Origin: Dictyostelium discoideum
Lineage: Eukaryota
Length of the DNA: 64,000 nt
NCBI GenBank assembly: GCA_000004695.1
Contig: CM000154.2
Coordinates: 2,784,001 to 2,848,000, forward strand
Direction: 5' to 3'
The translations under genes were made by a program, and so were the position numbers. Below the pieces are notes generated by a model that was not told the origin of the DNA, searched no databases, and saw only the letters and a program-made list of their open reading frames with translations. Below, piece by piece: positions 43,093-55,553 of this stretch. The stretch's first letter is position 1; each line of letters starts with the position of its first letter.

Positions 43093-45058
43093 TCAAAATT
43101 TTTGATTCATTATATAAAAAAATTTTTATAAATATTTCCTTATTTCCTTATAAATAATAATAATAAATGATTTATTTTTAAATTTTTTATTTATATTTTT
43201 CAATTTTTTAGATAATATTAGAGGATTTAGTGAAAAAATAAATAATGATAAAAGAGGAAATTCAAGAAAAGAATTTGAAAATTTTAAAAAAAGAAGACAA
43301 ATTGAAAATTTATTTAAAAAAGAAGGTTTAGAGGAACCAGTAGAATTTAGAATAGATAATGGTGAAAGTGTATCAAAGATTGATGTTGAATTCATTTCAA
43401 AGAAATTAAAAGTTACAGATAAAGAGAAATATATTGATTTAAAGGATTTGATTACAGGTGAAGTTAAAAAGGTGCCAGGTTATGAAAACTATGATTTAAC
43501 ACCAGAGGAATCAGCATTTGGTTTAAAAGAGTTGGAGAATATGTTAAAGAAAAAAGATGGTGAAAAAGTTGTTGGTCAATTAATCAATGAATTGAAACAA
43601 GCATTCGGATTGGAGAGTGATGTACAAATGGATAGAAAATTAAATGATCTCAACAAAGAGATGAGTTTAAGATTAGGTGAACCAATCGAAGAGTTCATTG
43701 CAAACAATCAAAATGATAACTCTGATCTCAGCTCAAAACAAAGAGTCATCATTCACGAATACTTTGAAAGACATCCATTCCTTAAAAACGTTAGACAAAC
43801 CTCTTTTGTTTTAGATTTAATTTCACTCTCTGAACAATTTCAAAAGAGTGATAGTAAAAACTTTGAAGAGAATGTTAAGAAATATTTCAATATTGATCCA
43901 AATACAATCCAAAGTGGCAGCAGTGCTGCTGCTGAGGTGAAGGATGATTTTGATCCATTTAAATCTCAAAATTTAAATGATGTTGAATTCCTTCAACCAG
44001 TTGATACACCATTCGTTTCAGCAAGCTCTTCCAATGGTTCTTTTGAAGACAGAATGATTCAAATCATTAAATCTGGTGCTCTCTCTATGTACTTACAACA
44101 AGTTGTAAAAGATGCCACTGAATCTTTAGATCCAACTTCTGCTAAATTGGAAAGAGATCAACAAGAGAAAAGACTTCAAGATGAATTGGATATTCAAGAT
44201 CGTATCCTCGATCAAGAATTTAAAAAAATTGATTTAGAAGATAGAGAAAAAGTCCAAACCCAAGAAGATGAAAATAATGATGAGTTGGGTTTAGAAGATT
44301 ATTTAGAGGCTGATGTCACTCCAGAACTTGATATGGTCAGTCCAGAGGGTATGCAACAACAAGCTAAAGACCCAAGAGATTTATTGAAATACTACCATCT
44401 CTATCCACGTCAAGTTAAGAAATGGATCGATTATTCACATACCCCACAAGGTCTTTTCACTTCATTTGGTACTTGGTACAATCTTCCAACTTGGTACTCT
44501 CAACACTTTAAACCAACCCCACCAGAATCTCATATCTCTACCAAAAAGAATCAAAATGTATTCAAACAACTCGAATTACCAGATGATTTAAAGAATGCCT
44601 ATAGATTTGGTGTCACTGAAGAAGAAGCTCGTTTACTTCATCCAAAATTCAAAGAATTCCTTTCTTTCGCAAATGCTACTCAACCTGAAGTTAACGCTTA
44701 TCGTAAACAACTCTGTGTTGAAAAATATGGTCAATCTTTCCAAGATACTGGTTCTGCTTCAGTTCAAAGTATGTTTTTTTTTTATTTTTTTTATTTTTTC
44801 TTTTTTAAAAATATTTAATTTAACAAATTACTAATATTCTTTTTTTTTTTTTTTTTTATAATAGTTGCAATTTTAACTGATAGAATTAATTATTTGAATG
44901 CTCATTTAGAAAAGAATAAAAAAGATTTTGTTGCTAAAAAGAGAATTCCAGAAGTTGAAAAGAAAAGAAGAAGTTTAGTTGCATACTTAAAGAGAACAAA
45001 TATCGAAGAATACTTTAGAGTAACCAAAGATTTAAGATTAAAGAACTTTAGCTTTTAA
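42905..45058 (+). CDS. Mitochondrial ribosomal protein S15 (uS15m) with a long N-terminal extension. join(42905..42977,43212..44768,44865..45058), about 607 aa.
   Basis: The last exon encodes IAILTDRINYLNAHLEKNKKDFVAKKRIPEVEKKRRSLVAYLKRTNIEEYFRVTKDLRLKNF. This is the ribosomal S15 signature (LT.RI..L..HL....KD..s.RgL..lv.kRr.ll.YL.r.....Y..li..LgLR). The upstream 540 aa are acidic, Dictyostelium-specific and have no recognisable domain. Splice sites are T|GTAAGT...TTTTAG|AT and A|GTATGT...AATAG|TT, with phases consistent. Confidence 0.7.
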
Positions 45059-45281
45059 AATATAAAAAAAAAAAAATAATAAAAAAAAATAAATATAAAT
45101 ATAAATTAAATAAACAAATAAAAATAAAAGAAAAAAAAAAAAATAAAATAAAAAAAAAAAAAAAAAAATAAAAATAAAATTTAAATTAAAAGGTATATTA
45201 CAAATATAAATAATATATATATATGTAAAAGTTTTTTTTTAATTTTAAAATTTATATTATTTGTTTATTTATATCATTTAT

Positions 45282-45843
45282 TTATTCACCTTTATAAATT
45301 GGTTTTCTCTTTTCTTTAAAAGCAGTCAAACCTTCAATTCTATCTTTTGTTGGAATTACTTGAGCATAAGAAGCTTGTTCAATGATCATACCAGAGGCTT
45401 GATCAACATTCATACCACGATCAATAGCTTGTTTTGCCATACGAATTGCAATTGGACCTTTTGGAATGATTTGTTTTGCAATTTCAATTGCTTTATCGAA
45501 AGCTTCACCTTTTTCAGTTTCATATTGAACTAAACCAATCTCTAATGCACGTTTACTATCTAAAATTGCACCTGTAAAAATTAATTCTTTTGCTCTTGGA
45601 ATACCAATTAATCTTGGTAATCTTTGTGTACCACCTGCACCTGGAATAATTGCTAATCCAGTTTCTGGTAATCCCATCTTTGATGATTTACTTGCAACTC
45701 TAAAGTCACATGCTAATACCATTTCTGTACCACCACCAACTGCAACACCTTCAATTGCTGCAATTGTTGGCATTTGTAATGTCTTTCAAATTTATATATA
45801 TATATTTAATTAATAATCACAATTGTTTTTTTTTTTTTTTCCA

Positions 45844-45879
<36 letters not shown>

Positions 45880-46299
45880 ATTATTTACCTCTAATTCTGT
45901 AAAAGATGATCTTAATGAGTGAACAAATTGTGAAGCTTCAACTTGTGACATTAAAGCTCTTTCTTTAAGATCAGCACCTGAACAAAATACACCATCAACT
46001 AAACTACGAACAATAACTACTCTTGTATCTGGACAAAATCTAAGTTCATTTAAATGTGATCTAAATTGATTCATTAAATTTTTACCAAGTGCATTCTTTA
46101 CATGTCCTCTATTAAATGAAATGACACTAATACCTTTATTTTCACCCTCCAATCTTTCTAAAATACATTCTTGTTGTGTTTCTGTTGTAAATTTACGTCC
46201 AAATTTTAATGATGATGATGTTGAAAATAATATATTGTTACTTGTTACATTATTATATTTAACTGAATTTGAAACGTTTTTAATTAAATGCTTAATCAT
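45282..46299 (-). CDS. Methylglutaconyl-CoA hydratase (AUH, crotonase fold), mitochondrial. complement(join(45282..45782,45889..46299)), about 303 aa.
   Basis: Exon 2 [73 protein letters not shown] is about 60% identical to human [76 protein letters not shown]. Exon 1 carries a mitochondrial-type presequence and ..[12 protein letters not shown].. Minus-strand donor GTAAAT, acceptor TTGAAAG. Confidence 0.85.
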
Positions 46300-46522
46300 T
46301 TTTGAAATTTACAAAAAATTAAAAATAAAAAAAAAAATAAAAAAAAAAAAAACTGATAAAAAAAAAAAACTGATTATATGAGGGGAATTTCATTTTTTTT
46401 TTTTTTGCTTAATTTTATAATTTTTTTTTTATTTATTTATTTAAAGCCTAAAAGATGTAATAAAAAAAAAATGTGATATATATATGTTTTTTTTATAACA
46501 ATTATTCAATTTAAATAATTTT

Positions 46523-46570
<48 letters not shown>

Positions 46571-46600
46571 GGTTTTTTTTTCTTTTTTTAATTATTTTAT

Positions 46601-49600
46601 TTAACTTGAACCACTTCCATAACCTGAACCATTTAAATTTCTATTATATCTAGCATTTGAATCTGATGATTTTGTTGCAAATAAACTTTTTGTTCTTTTT
46701 AATCTTGGTTGATTACGGAATGCAGAGATAACATTGATTTGAGTGAATACATTACGAGCCTTTTTCCAATTTGATTTTCCACCCAATAATGGTTGACTCT
46801 CAATATCAACATCAATTCCCAAGTTTTTAACATCCAATGGTTTAACTTCAATATTTGTATTGGTTCTATCTTTAAGTGGTAATAATCTAAGACAAAATCC
46901 CCAAATTAAACTACCAAACCCAATAATAATACAAAAGAACCATTGTTTATAATCCAAATGTCTAGTTCCAAAAAACTCACCACCAAATTCAACTAAAATA
47001 ACTTGAATGAATATACAGAATGAAACTACACCAACAAATACATAACTTTTATGAATATTTCTAAAAACATTTAATTCTTTTTTTTTTTTTTTTTTTAAAA
47101 ATAATAAATTAATAATTATTTTTAAAATTAAATAAATTAAATATATTCATGTTATATATTTAAATATTGTTACTTACGATTATCTAAAACTCTACAATTA
47201 ATTTCATTAAAGAATTGACAAAATACAAAAGTATTAAAAATTATAGTATGATAAACAGTTTTATCATTAGTTGTCCATTGATCAACTCTTGGTAAATCAA
47301 ATAATTCAACCATTGATGCAGCACTATACATAATTGAAAAGAGGAAAGCAATTTGATAAATTGATTGACCAATAATATTTCTCCACATACGATATGTTAT
47401 TAAAGAATCAAATCTACCATATGGACGACGATTAAAGAGTTCTTCAGAGGGTGGTTCAGTTGATAGAGCCAAAGCACCTAAAGTATCCATAATAAGATTA
47501 ACCCAAAGTAATTGAACTGGACGTAATGGACTCTCACCATTTGTTATTGAACCTACAAATGCAATCAATACGGCAACAATATTAACAGTCAATTGGAATT
47601 GAATAAATTTACGAATTGAATCATAAACATTTCTACCCCAGATAACTGCTTTGGCGATGGAATTGAAATTATCATCCAATAATACAATATCGGATGCTTC
47701 TTTGGCAACTTCAGTACCAGCAATACCCATTGAAAAACCAACATCAGCTTCCTTCAATTGTGGAGCATCATTTACACCATCACCAGTAACAGCTACAACT
47801 TCTCCCAATTCTCTTAAACGATGAACTAATCTGAATTTATCAGTTGGTGAACATCTTGCAATAACTTGTAAATGTGGGATGATTGTATCTAATTGATCAT
47901 CGGTTAGCAATCTAAATTGTGGACCTTCAATAGCTACACCACCATCTTTCAAAATACCACATTCTCTTGCTATATTCTTTGCTGTCAATATATTATCACC
48001 TGTTAACATTCTAACAAAGATACCAGCACCTTGACATCTTTTAACTGCACGTGGTACTTCTTTTCTGACTGGATCTTTAATACCAACCAAACCTAAAAAT
48101 GTTAAACCAGTATAAATTACCTTTGCCTCATCCTCTGATGATGGTTCATTATTAATTTCTTTATATGCCAAAACAAGAGTACGTAAACCTTCACTTGCAA
48201 ATATTTCAATATCCTTTTGTAGTAACATCTTTTCATCTCTACTCATTTGAGTAGATTCACCATTCTTATCGACTATATTTGTACAATTATTTAAAACAAT
48301 CTCTGCTGCACCTTTTACATAAATAATTAAACCACCTGAAATATTTTGATTTTGGTTCATTAAAACTGCTGACATTTTCTTTTCCGATGAAAATGGATAA
48401 ACTTTTACAACTCTATCTTTATTTTCTTTTCTAACAGTTTCATAGGATTGATTTGGCATAGTTTCTAACCACTCTAATAAAGCACATTCAGTTTTACTAC
48501 CAATATGATCGTTTAATCTATCTGTATGTTTTTCAATATAAGCGGTTGAATTCAAACTTATACCCTCTGCTAACAATGTTAAAATTCTTGAATTTGATAA
48601 CATTTCCATTTCACAGTCATGTTGATTAACTTTACCACTATCATTATAAACATTATGACGAGAAGATGATGAACTTGGTGAAGAATAAATATCTCTCTGT
48701 TGATCAGACATACTTGATTTTCCATTTTCTACAAAATCATCAGAATTAATTGATTTACCAATGATTTTCTTTACAACTGTCATTCTATTTTGAGTTAATG
48801 TACCAGTTTTATCGGAACAAATATTTGTTGCACCACCCATTGTTTCACATGCTTCCAAGTGACGTACTAAATTTTGATCCTTCATCATTTTCATCATACT
48901 GTATGCCAAAGAGATTGTTACTGCCAATGGTAAACCTTCAGGTACTGCAACGACAATAATTGTAATTGCTGTTACAACAAAGCCAACAATTGTACCCAAT
49001 TCACTCCAATGCCAAGTATGACCATCCTTTACAAATACAATTACATATTTTAATAATAAAACACCAAAGGTTAAAATGGCAGCAATTAAACCAAATTTAC
49101 CAATAGTTTCAGCTAATTTCTCCAATTTTTGAGTTAATGGAGTATCGGAATCTGGTGATTGTAACAATAGTTTTAATTTACCCCATTGAGAGTTTGGACC
49201 AACGGCAATTACCAACATACTTGCACTGCCTTCCAAAACTTGACAACCTGATAAAAAGAAAGGACGATCATTTGATTTTCTTTTTTGATCTGATTCACCA
49301 GTCATTGAACTTTCATCGACTGCAATACTTTGACCGGCAATGTAAAGACCATCAGCGGGAATTGTATCACCAGTTTCTAATTTAACAACATCACCAACTA
49401 CGACATCATAAACAGAGATACTTGCCAAATGACCACCTCTAACCACTGAAACATTTCTTTCATTTCTAATTGTATTAAGTTTTCTAAATTTCTTCTCTTT
49501 ATTATAATCATTTCCTGCTGTTACCAAAACCACAATTATAACTGCAACCAAGATTGCAGTACCATCGATCCAACCTGTTTTTCTATCTTCAACTGTCAAA

Positions 49601-49935
49601 CCCAATATTATTGAAACCACTGCTGAAACTATTAAAATGATTAATGTTTTATCATGTATTGCTTGCCAAATGAAAAAAAACAATGATTTTTGTGCAATTT
49701 CATTCATTTTATTTATACCAAATCTATGAATCCTCTCTTCATTTGTGGCTTCTTGCTGTGATAAACCATTCTCTTCATTTGATCCTAATCTCTTTGATAA
49801 CCCTGATACACCTCCATATCTTTGTTTAATTGCTTCATAATCCTCTTCTTGAACATATCCTGATAATTCTTCATTTGTTATACTATAATCAATTCCTCCA
49901 TTATTATTATTATTTATATCAATATTTCTATTCAT
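46601..49935 (-). CDS. Plasma-membrane-type (PMCA, P2B) Ca2+-transporting P-type ATPase. complement(join(46601..47076,47178..49935)), about 1077 aa.
   Basis: P-type signatures are present. These are the phosphorylation site ICSDKTGTLTQN, TGES, the hinge VAVTGDGVNDAPQLKEADVGFSMG, MLTGDN, and 10 predicted TM helices. The C-terminal ..FNEINCRVLDNR|QLNVFRNIHKS..VEFGGEFFGTRHLDYKQWFFCIIIGFGSLIWG aligns to the PMCA TM10 region and is joined across a 101-nt intron (GTAAGT...AAAAAG). Additional 5' exons upstream of 49935 cannot be excluded. Confidence 0.85.
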
Positions 49936-50605
49936 TTTTTTTTTTTATAATAATAAATATTTTTTTTTTATTATTTTATTATTTTATAATTTTATCACTT
50001 TTATCATTTATTTTTTTTATTAAAAAAGAAAAATAAAAAAAATTAAGTATTTATATTGATTCAATCCCTTATTTATTTAATTTTTATTTTATTTTATTTT
50101 ATTTTTTTTTTATTTTATTTTATTTTTTTTTTTTTTTTTTTGAATTGTTTATTATTATAAAAAAAAAAAATAAAATGATAAAACAGCCAAGGCCTTATTT
50201 TTATAGAAAAAAAAAAAAAATATAATAAAATAAAATAAAATAAATAAAAAATGAAAAAATTATATAGACAACATTTGGTGAAAAAAAAAAAAAATAATTA
50301 AAAAATAAAAAAAATAAAAAATAAAAAAAAAATAAAAGAATATTATTATAATAACCACTTTATTTTAATAAAAAATTGAATAATTAAATCTTTTTTTTTA
50401 ATTTTTATTACACATATTTATTTATTTTTGAAAAAATAAAATAAAATAAAATAAAATGGTGTTTACCACTTTTTACAATATTTTAAAATTATTTTGTATT
50501 TACATTTTTTTTGAATTATTTGATAATTGAGAGATTTATAAAAAATTGTATAATCCAATTGTTACAATATGATAATTAATATCACTTTTTCATTATTATT
50601 ATTAC

Positions 50606-50639
<34 letters not shown>

Positions 50640-50710
50640 GATTAAAAAATTACTATTATTATTATATAAATTATTATTATTATTATTATTATATAAATTA
50701 TTATTATATA

Positions 50711-50986
50711 TTATTTTGATTTTGGAGTGAATACAGCGAAACCAGAGAATTCAGGGTCTTGAATTTGTTCTAATTGTCTTTTTCCTTTAACTAATAATGA
50801 TTCAATTTTATTGATATCTCTTTTTTGAATTGTAGTTGCCTTTAATCTAAATTGAGTTTTAATATAATTTGAAATTGAGGAAGAGGGATTATCCATTTCT
50901 TTTTTATTTGAAACCCTTAAAAAACTTCTATATAATGATAACACTGCTTTTTGTAAACCACTATGTCTTATTGGTGTTGTATTCAT
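50711..50986 (-). CDS. Succinate dehydrogenase assembly factor 1 (SDHAF1, LYR-motif family), 91 aa
   Basis: HSGLQKAVLSLYRSFLRVSNKK...KTQFR....IQKRDINKIESLLVKGKRQLEQIQ matches human SDHAF1 [22 protein letters not shown]..AEFRQ......LRIEYLYRRGRRQLQLLR. This is the LYR and downstream F..R block. Confidence 0.75.
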   Translation of the reverse strand: MNTTPIRHSGLQKAVLSLYRSFLRVSNKKEMDNPSSSISNYIKTQFRLKATTIQKRDINKIESLLVKGKRQLEQIQDPEFSGFAVFTPKSK

Positions 50987-51234
50987 TTTTTTTTTTTTTT
51001 TATATATATATATCTATCTATATATAGTATTTATGTATAAATTGTGAATTTTGATATAACTTCTTAAAAAAACAAATATGACGAATATTTTTTTTTTTTT
51101 TTTTCTTTTTTTATTTTTTTTTTATTTATTTTATTTTTTTTCATTTTCAAAAAAAAAAAAAAAAAAACAAATAAAAAAAAAAATTTAAAAAATTTCATAA
51201 ACTAAAAAAGGTGTATATTTGAAATAGATCCGCA

Positions 51235-52934
51235 ATGAGTTCACAAGAAATTTTTAAAAAATATGAACAAGTAAATATTAATATTTCTTTATTTTTTATT
51301 TTTTATTTTTTTTTCTTCCCACTAATATTTAAAAAAAAAAAAATTTTAAAATAGAAAGTAGTTGAATATCAAGATCATATCGAAGAATTAAAATCAACCA
51401 AAAATGATTACAAACAATTAATTGATACACTACAACATTTACCAGATACATTACAACCAAAAATTATGGTTCCGATGGGTAAATTGGCATTTTTTGAAGG
51501 TAATCTAAAAAATACAAATGAAATTTTAATTTTATTAGGCGATAATTATTTCGCAAAAAGATCTTCAAAACAAACCATTGATATTATTCAAAGGAGAGAT
51601 AAAGGTAAATAATAAATAACAATAATTGAAAAAGAAATTCATTCTCCTAATATTATTCTATTTATTTTAGATATTGATACAAGTATAAATGATTTAAGAG
51701 AACAAATTAAAGGACTTAAACAAAGGGTTTCAATGACAACAGATTTATCAAAAGCATTACATGAGAAAGAATATGATAATATAGTAGAGATCAAAGAAGA
51801 ATATAACTCTGATGAAGAGAGAGAAAAAGAAAAGAAAAGAAAACAAAAACCACAAAAATCAACCACAACAACTACAACCACCACTACATCAAAAGATAAA
51901 CCAAAAACTGAAGAAGAGAAAAAGAAATCAAAAGAAATGGATGAAGAATTTGATAAAATGTTAAAGAGATTATCAATTTTAGAAGAAAAGGAAAATAAAA
52001 TGGGTGATGATTATGATGAAGAAGAATTTAATAAGAAATTTAATAAGAAATTAGATATTACAGGTAGTGATGAAGAATATGATGATGATAATTATAATAA
52101 TAACAATGATGATGATGATGATAATGATGAAGATGATGATCGTGAATATTATCAAGAAGAAGGATTTGAAGATGAAAAACCTGAAAATTCAAATTATAAT
52201 AAAAATATTGAAGAGGATGATCATGATGATGATGATGATTATTATGATGAAGGTGAAGAAATTGTTGAATATTATGATGAAAATGGTAATATAGTTGATA
52301 TAAATGATCCAAATGTTGAATATATTCAAGGTGATGATGATAATGATGATAATGATAATGAAGAAGATGAAGTGGATGTAGAATTAAATGAAAGTGAATT
52401 AGAAGAAATTAAAGATTTCCATATGGATAAAAAAGGGCAAGATCTTAGTGAAAAAGAAGTAAAAGAATTAACAGATTTTTATCATTCAAAACAAAAGAAA
52501 AGAATATCTTATATTGATACACCACAACCTCCAACTCCTGAAGCAACAACTTCCATTACTCCAAAATCAATCTTAAAAACAAATTCATCTGGTAATTTAA
52601 TGTCAACAATTCCAAAATCTTATAATGAAAATGACGAAAATGATATAAGAAGAGTAAGAATTTTTTTTTTTTTTTTTGGAAACCAAACCTTATCTAACAT
52701 GTGTATTGTTTTTTTTTTTTTTTTTTTATTTAGTATATTAAAAATTTAGACAAACAAGAAAAATTTGAAAATCAAAAAACTATTTCAGTTCCAAATCCTC
52801 CTAAAGATGTGGCATTCTCTGGTGATATTGTTGAGAAGGAAACTGATTTATTCCCATTTGATGAAATTCCAAAACCAACACCTCCATCAAATGCAAAACA
52901 ATCAAGATTTAAATCATCAAGACAAAATAAATAA
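51235..52934 (+). CDS. URI1/RMP-like unconventional prefoldin (RPB5 interactor). join(51235..51270,51355..51604,51671..52653,52734..52934), about 489 aa.
   Basis: Exons 1-2 encode a prefoldin alpha-type coiled coil with KIMVPMGKLAFFEGNLKNTNEILILLGDNYFAKRSSKQTIDIIQRR. Compare URI1 VMVPLGPLAFMPGKLVHTNEVTVLLGDNWFAKCSAKQAV. Exon 3 is an acidic region with long D/E/N runs. Exon 4 ends with a conserved segment ..PPKDVAFSGDIVEKETDLFPFDEIP.. All four junctions are GTAA(A/G)(T/A)...AG and phase-consistent. Confidence 0.7.
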
Positions 52935-53077
52935 ATAAATTAAATAATTTTATTATTTTTTTTTTTTTTATATATATTTTTTTTTTTTTTATTTATTTAT
53001 TTATTTTTCTATTTTTTTTTTTTATTTTTTTTTTTTATTTTATTAATTAAATTTTCATTCTTGGATAATTTTTTTTT

Positions 53078-54566
53078 TTACTTGGTTTTTGGTTTTTTGG
53101 TGGCTTTTTCTTTAGATTCTTCAGTGTCTTTAGTTTCTTTGGTATTTTTAGCAGCTGGTTTACTGGCTGTTGATTCAGGTTCCTTTCTTTTACCATTAGT
53201 TTTGGTAGCAGTGGTGGTTTCTTTGGTTTCTTTGGTATTTTTACCTTTTGAAACTTTAGCTTTTGGTTTTTCAACTTTTTCTTCAGCATCATCCGCTTTA
53301 GATTCTTCTTTTTTCTCTTCTTCTTTTTTCTCTTCTTCTTTTTTCTCTTCTTCTTTTTTCTCTTCTTTTTTCTCTTCAGCTTTTTCTTTCTTTTCATCAG
53401 CTTTAGCTTCTTTTTCTTCTTTTTCTTCTTTATCATCAGCTTTAGTTTCCTTTTCTTCTTTTTCTTCCTTTTCTTCTTCCTTTTCTTCTTCTTTTTCTTC
53501 TTCTTTTTCTTCTTCTTTTTCTTCTTTTTCTTCTTTTTCTTCTTTTTCATCAGCTTTTTCTTCAGACTTTTCATCAGCTTTTGGTTTCTTAGCAGCAGCT
53601 TTCTTTTTAGATTGTTTTGGAGCTGGTTTAACTGGAGCTGGTTTAGCAGCAGCTTTTTTAACAACTCTTTTAACAACCTCTTTCTTTGGTTCTTCTTCAG
53701 ATTCTTCATCTTCAGATGAAGATTCATCAGAGTCTGAATAACGACCATCATCAATTTGAGTTTCTTTTGATTTTTTAATACCTGAAGACCATGATTTCTT
53801 ATCTTCATCTGCAATCTTTTTAACAAGGTCAGCATCAACTTCCTTTAATTCTGTTAAAGAGAGTTTAAGAGCATCTGGGAAAGTTTGTGTAGCATTACCA
53901 AAGAATCTATTTACTGCTGGTGACTAATAAATAAAAAAAAATAAATAAAAATATTAATATATTAATATAATTATATAATTGAATTTCTTTTTTTTTTAAA
54001 AAAAAAAATATACATACAACATATTTTTGAATATTATATTTTTTATGACGTGGATAGAATTTATAGATTTTACAGTTGTCATAATCTTCAGCTTTCTTTG
54101 GAGAGTAAGAATCGATTTCAGCCTTCAAATCATCATATTTCTTTTGGGCAACAGCTCTAGCTTTAACAAATTCATCTCTGATTGCTTTATCAATGACTTC
54201 AGTCATCTCCTCTACTAAACCATTATCTTCAACAAATTCACCTGGATATGTTTTGATACTATCGGATAATTTATCGAAATAGATTTCAAAATCTTTGGTG
54301 ACACCAGTGACTTTGCCATCAGCATCTTTCAAAACTTTGAATGGTAATTTAGTTGGTGGTTTGGTTGGACCTGCTGTTTTTTCATCCTTCTTTTTACCTT
54401 TATTTTCTTCGACCCATTTCTTGTAGGCCTCTTCTTCTTGTTTTCTTTCTTTGATTAATTTTTCACCAGCTTCTTTGGTTAATTTACAATCCTTTAATAT
54501 GAATTGAACATTTGTAATTGGTGTAACTGAAAATGTTTTGAAAATTTTTGGAATAAGAATATCTAT

Positions 54567-54598
<32 letters not shown>

Positions 54599-55160
54599 TA
54601 GGAATTATTATTATTTTTTTTTTTTTTTTTATATATATATATATATATATATTATTATTTATAAATAAAAATTACATACATGGAAGTAAATATTGAATAT
54701 TTAATTGTTTTTCTTCAGAGATTTTTTTACCTGGACGTTCTTGTAAGTTCAATGTAAAAATTTTGTATTTTTTATTTGAAGCTTGATTGGAATATCTTGA
54801 TGGAATATATGGAGACCATGATAAATGGAAATCAGAGAAATTGTAAATATCTTCACTACCACCTTGAATTGATGCTTTACAAATTTTTGATGGTGGTGGT
54901 GATGGACAATCAAAAACAACAATATATGGCATATTAAATGCATAGTCACCTTCAACGATTGCTATTTAATTTTTAAAAAAAATAAAATAAAAAAAAGTGA
55001 ATATATAAAAAAAAAAAAAAAACCAATAAACATAAATTATTAATTTGAAATATTGATTATATTGATAATTGATAATTGATTATTGATAATTGATAATTGA
55101 TAATTGATATTGAATTAAAATTAAAATTAAAAATAAAAATAAAATTAATAAAAGGATATC

Positions 55161-55192
<32 letters not shown>

Positions 55193-55390
55193 AAATAATA
55201 ATAATAATGAAAACATACGTTGAGCACCTAAAAACATGTAAAGTGGTTTATCAGTTTGTGCATGTGAAAGTACACCTCTTTTAAATTCTCTCTTTAATTC
55301 TGGGAATGTCCATCCTTCTTTTTTCATACTTTCCCATGTATTAAATTCAAAACCGATTGGTGTTAGTTCTTTCCAATCCTAAATGATATC
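53078..55390 (-). CDS. Hypothetical multi-exon protein with a conserved N-terminal region, a CK2-type acidic Ser cluster and a long K/E/A-rich tail (nucleolar or histone-chaperone-like). Exons approximately complement(53078..53923, 54018..54527, 54731..54947, 55219..55385). The 5' end is not defined.
   Basis: Chained minus-strand exons read ..DWKELTPIGFEFNTWESMKKEGWTFPELKREFKRGVLSHAQTDKPLYMFLGAQ|PIVEGDYAFNMPYIVVFDCPSPPPSKICKASIQGGSEDIYNFSDFHLSWSPYIPSRYSNQASNKKYKIFTLNLQERP|VTPITNVQFILKDCKLTKEAGEKLIKERKQEEEAYKKWVEEN..FKVLKDADGKVTGVTKDFEIYFDKLSDSIKTYPGEFVEDNGLVEEMTEVIDKAIRDEFVKARAVAQKKYDDLKAEIDSYSPKKAEDYDNCKIYKFYPRHKKYNIQKYV|SPAVNRFFGNATQTFPDALKLSLTELKEVDADLVKKIADEDKKSWSSGIKKSKETQIDDGRYSDSDESSSEDEESEEEPKKE.. 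Then (EEK)n/(KEE)n repeats follow to the stop at 53078. Donors are GTATGT and GTAAAA. The true frame through the GAA repeat is not either of the two ORF-track frames. Confidence 0.4.
53280..53580. repeat. (TTC)n/(GAA)n-rich repeat of about 300 bp inside the last exon of the gene above
   Basis: ttcttcttttttctcttcttc... on the plus strand. On the minus strand it encodes (E/K)-rich repeats. It also generates the spurious overlapping low-complexity ORFs 53047..53838 (-) and 53061..53741 (+). Confidence 0.8.
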
Positions 55391-55501
55391 ATTGATTCCA
55401 AATTATTATTATTAAAAAAAAAATAAAAAGATTAGAACTTATAATTTTTAAATATTTTATATTATTTTTAAAAATAAAATAAAATAAATAAAAGAAGAGA
55501 G

Positions 55502-55539
<38 letters not shown>

Positions 55540-55553
<14 letters not shown>

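Noticed and set aside
44595-45533. ORFs 44595..44834 (+) and 45261..45533 (+)
   Set aside because: The first reads through the S15 intron in another frame. The second is antisense to the AUH exon.
49137-50036. ORFs 49137..49385 (+) and 49830..50036 (+)
   Set aside because: Antisense to the PMCA motor exon, or an AT-rich upstream region.
52058-52312. His-rich ORF 52058..52312 (-) and Met-rich ORF 52067..52294 (+)
   Set aside because: Alternative-frame or antisense readings of the GAT/GAA acidic-repeat region of the URI1-like exon 3.
53047-53838. Overlapping 263-aa K-rich ORF (-) and 226-aa S/F-rich ORF (+)
   Set aside because: Both are wrong frames through a (GAA)n repeat. The frame that connects to upstream exons via GTATGT...TTATTAG is a third frame ending at 53078.
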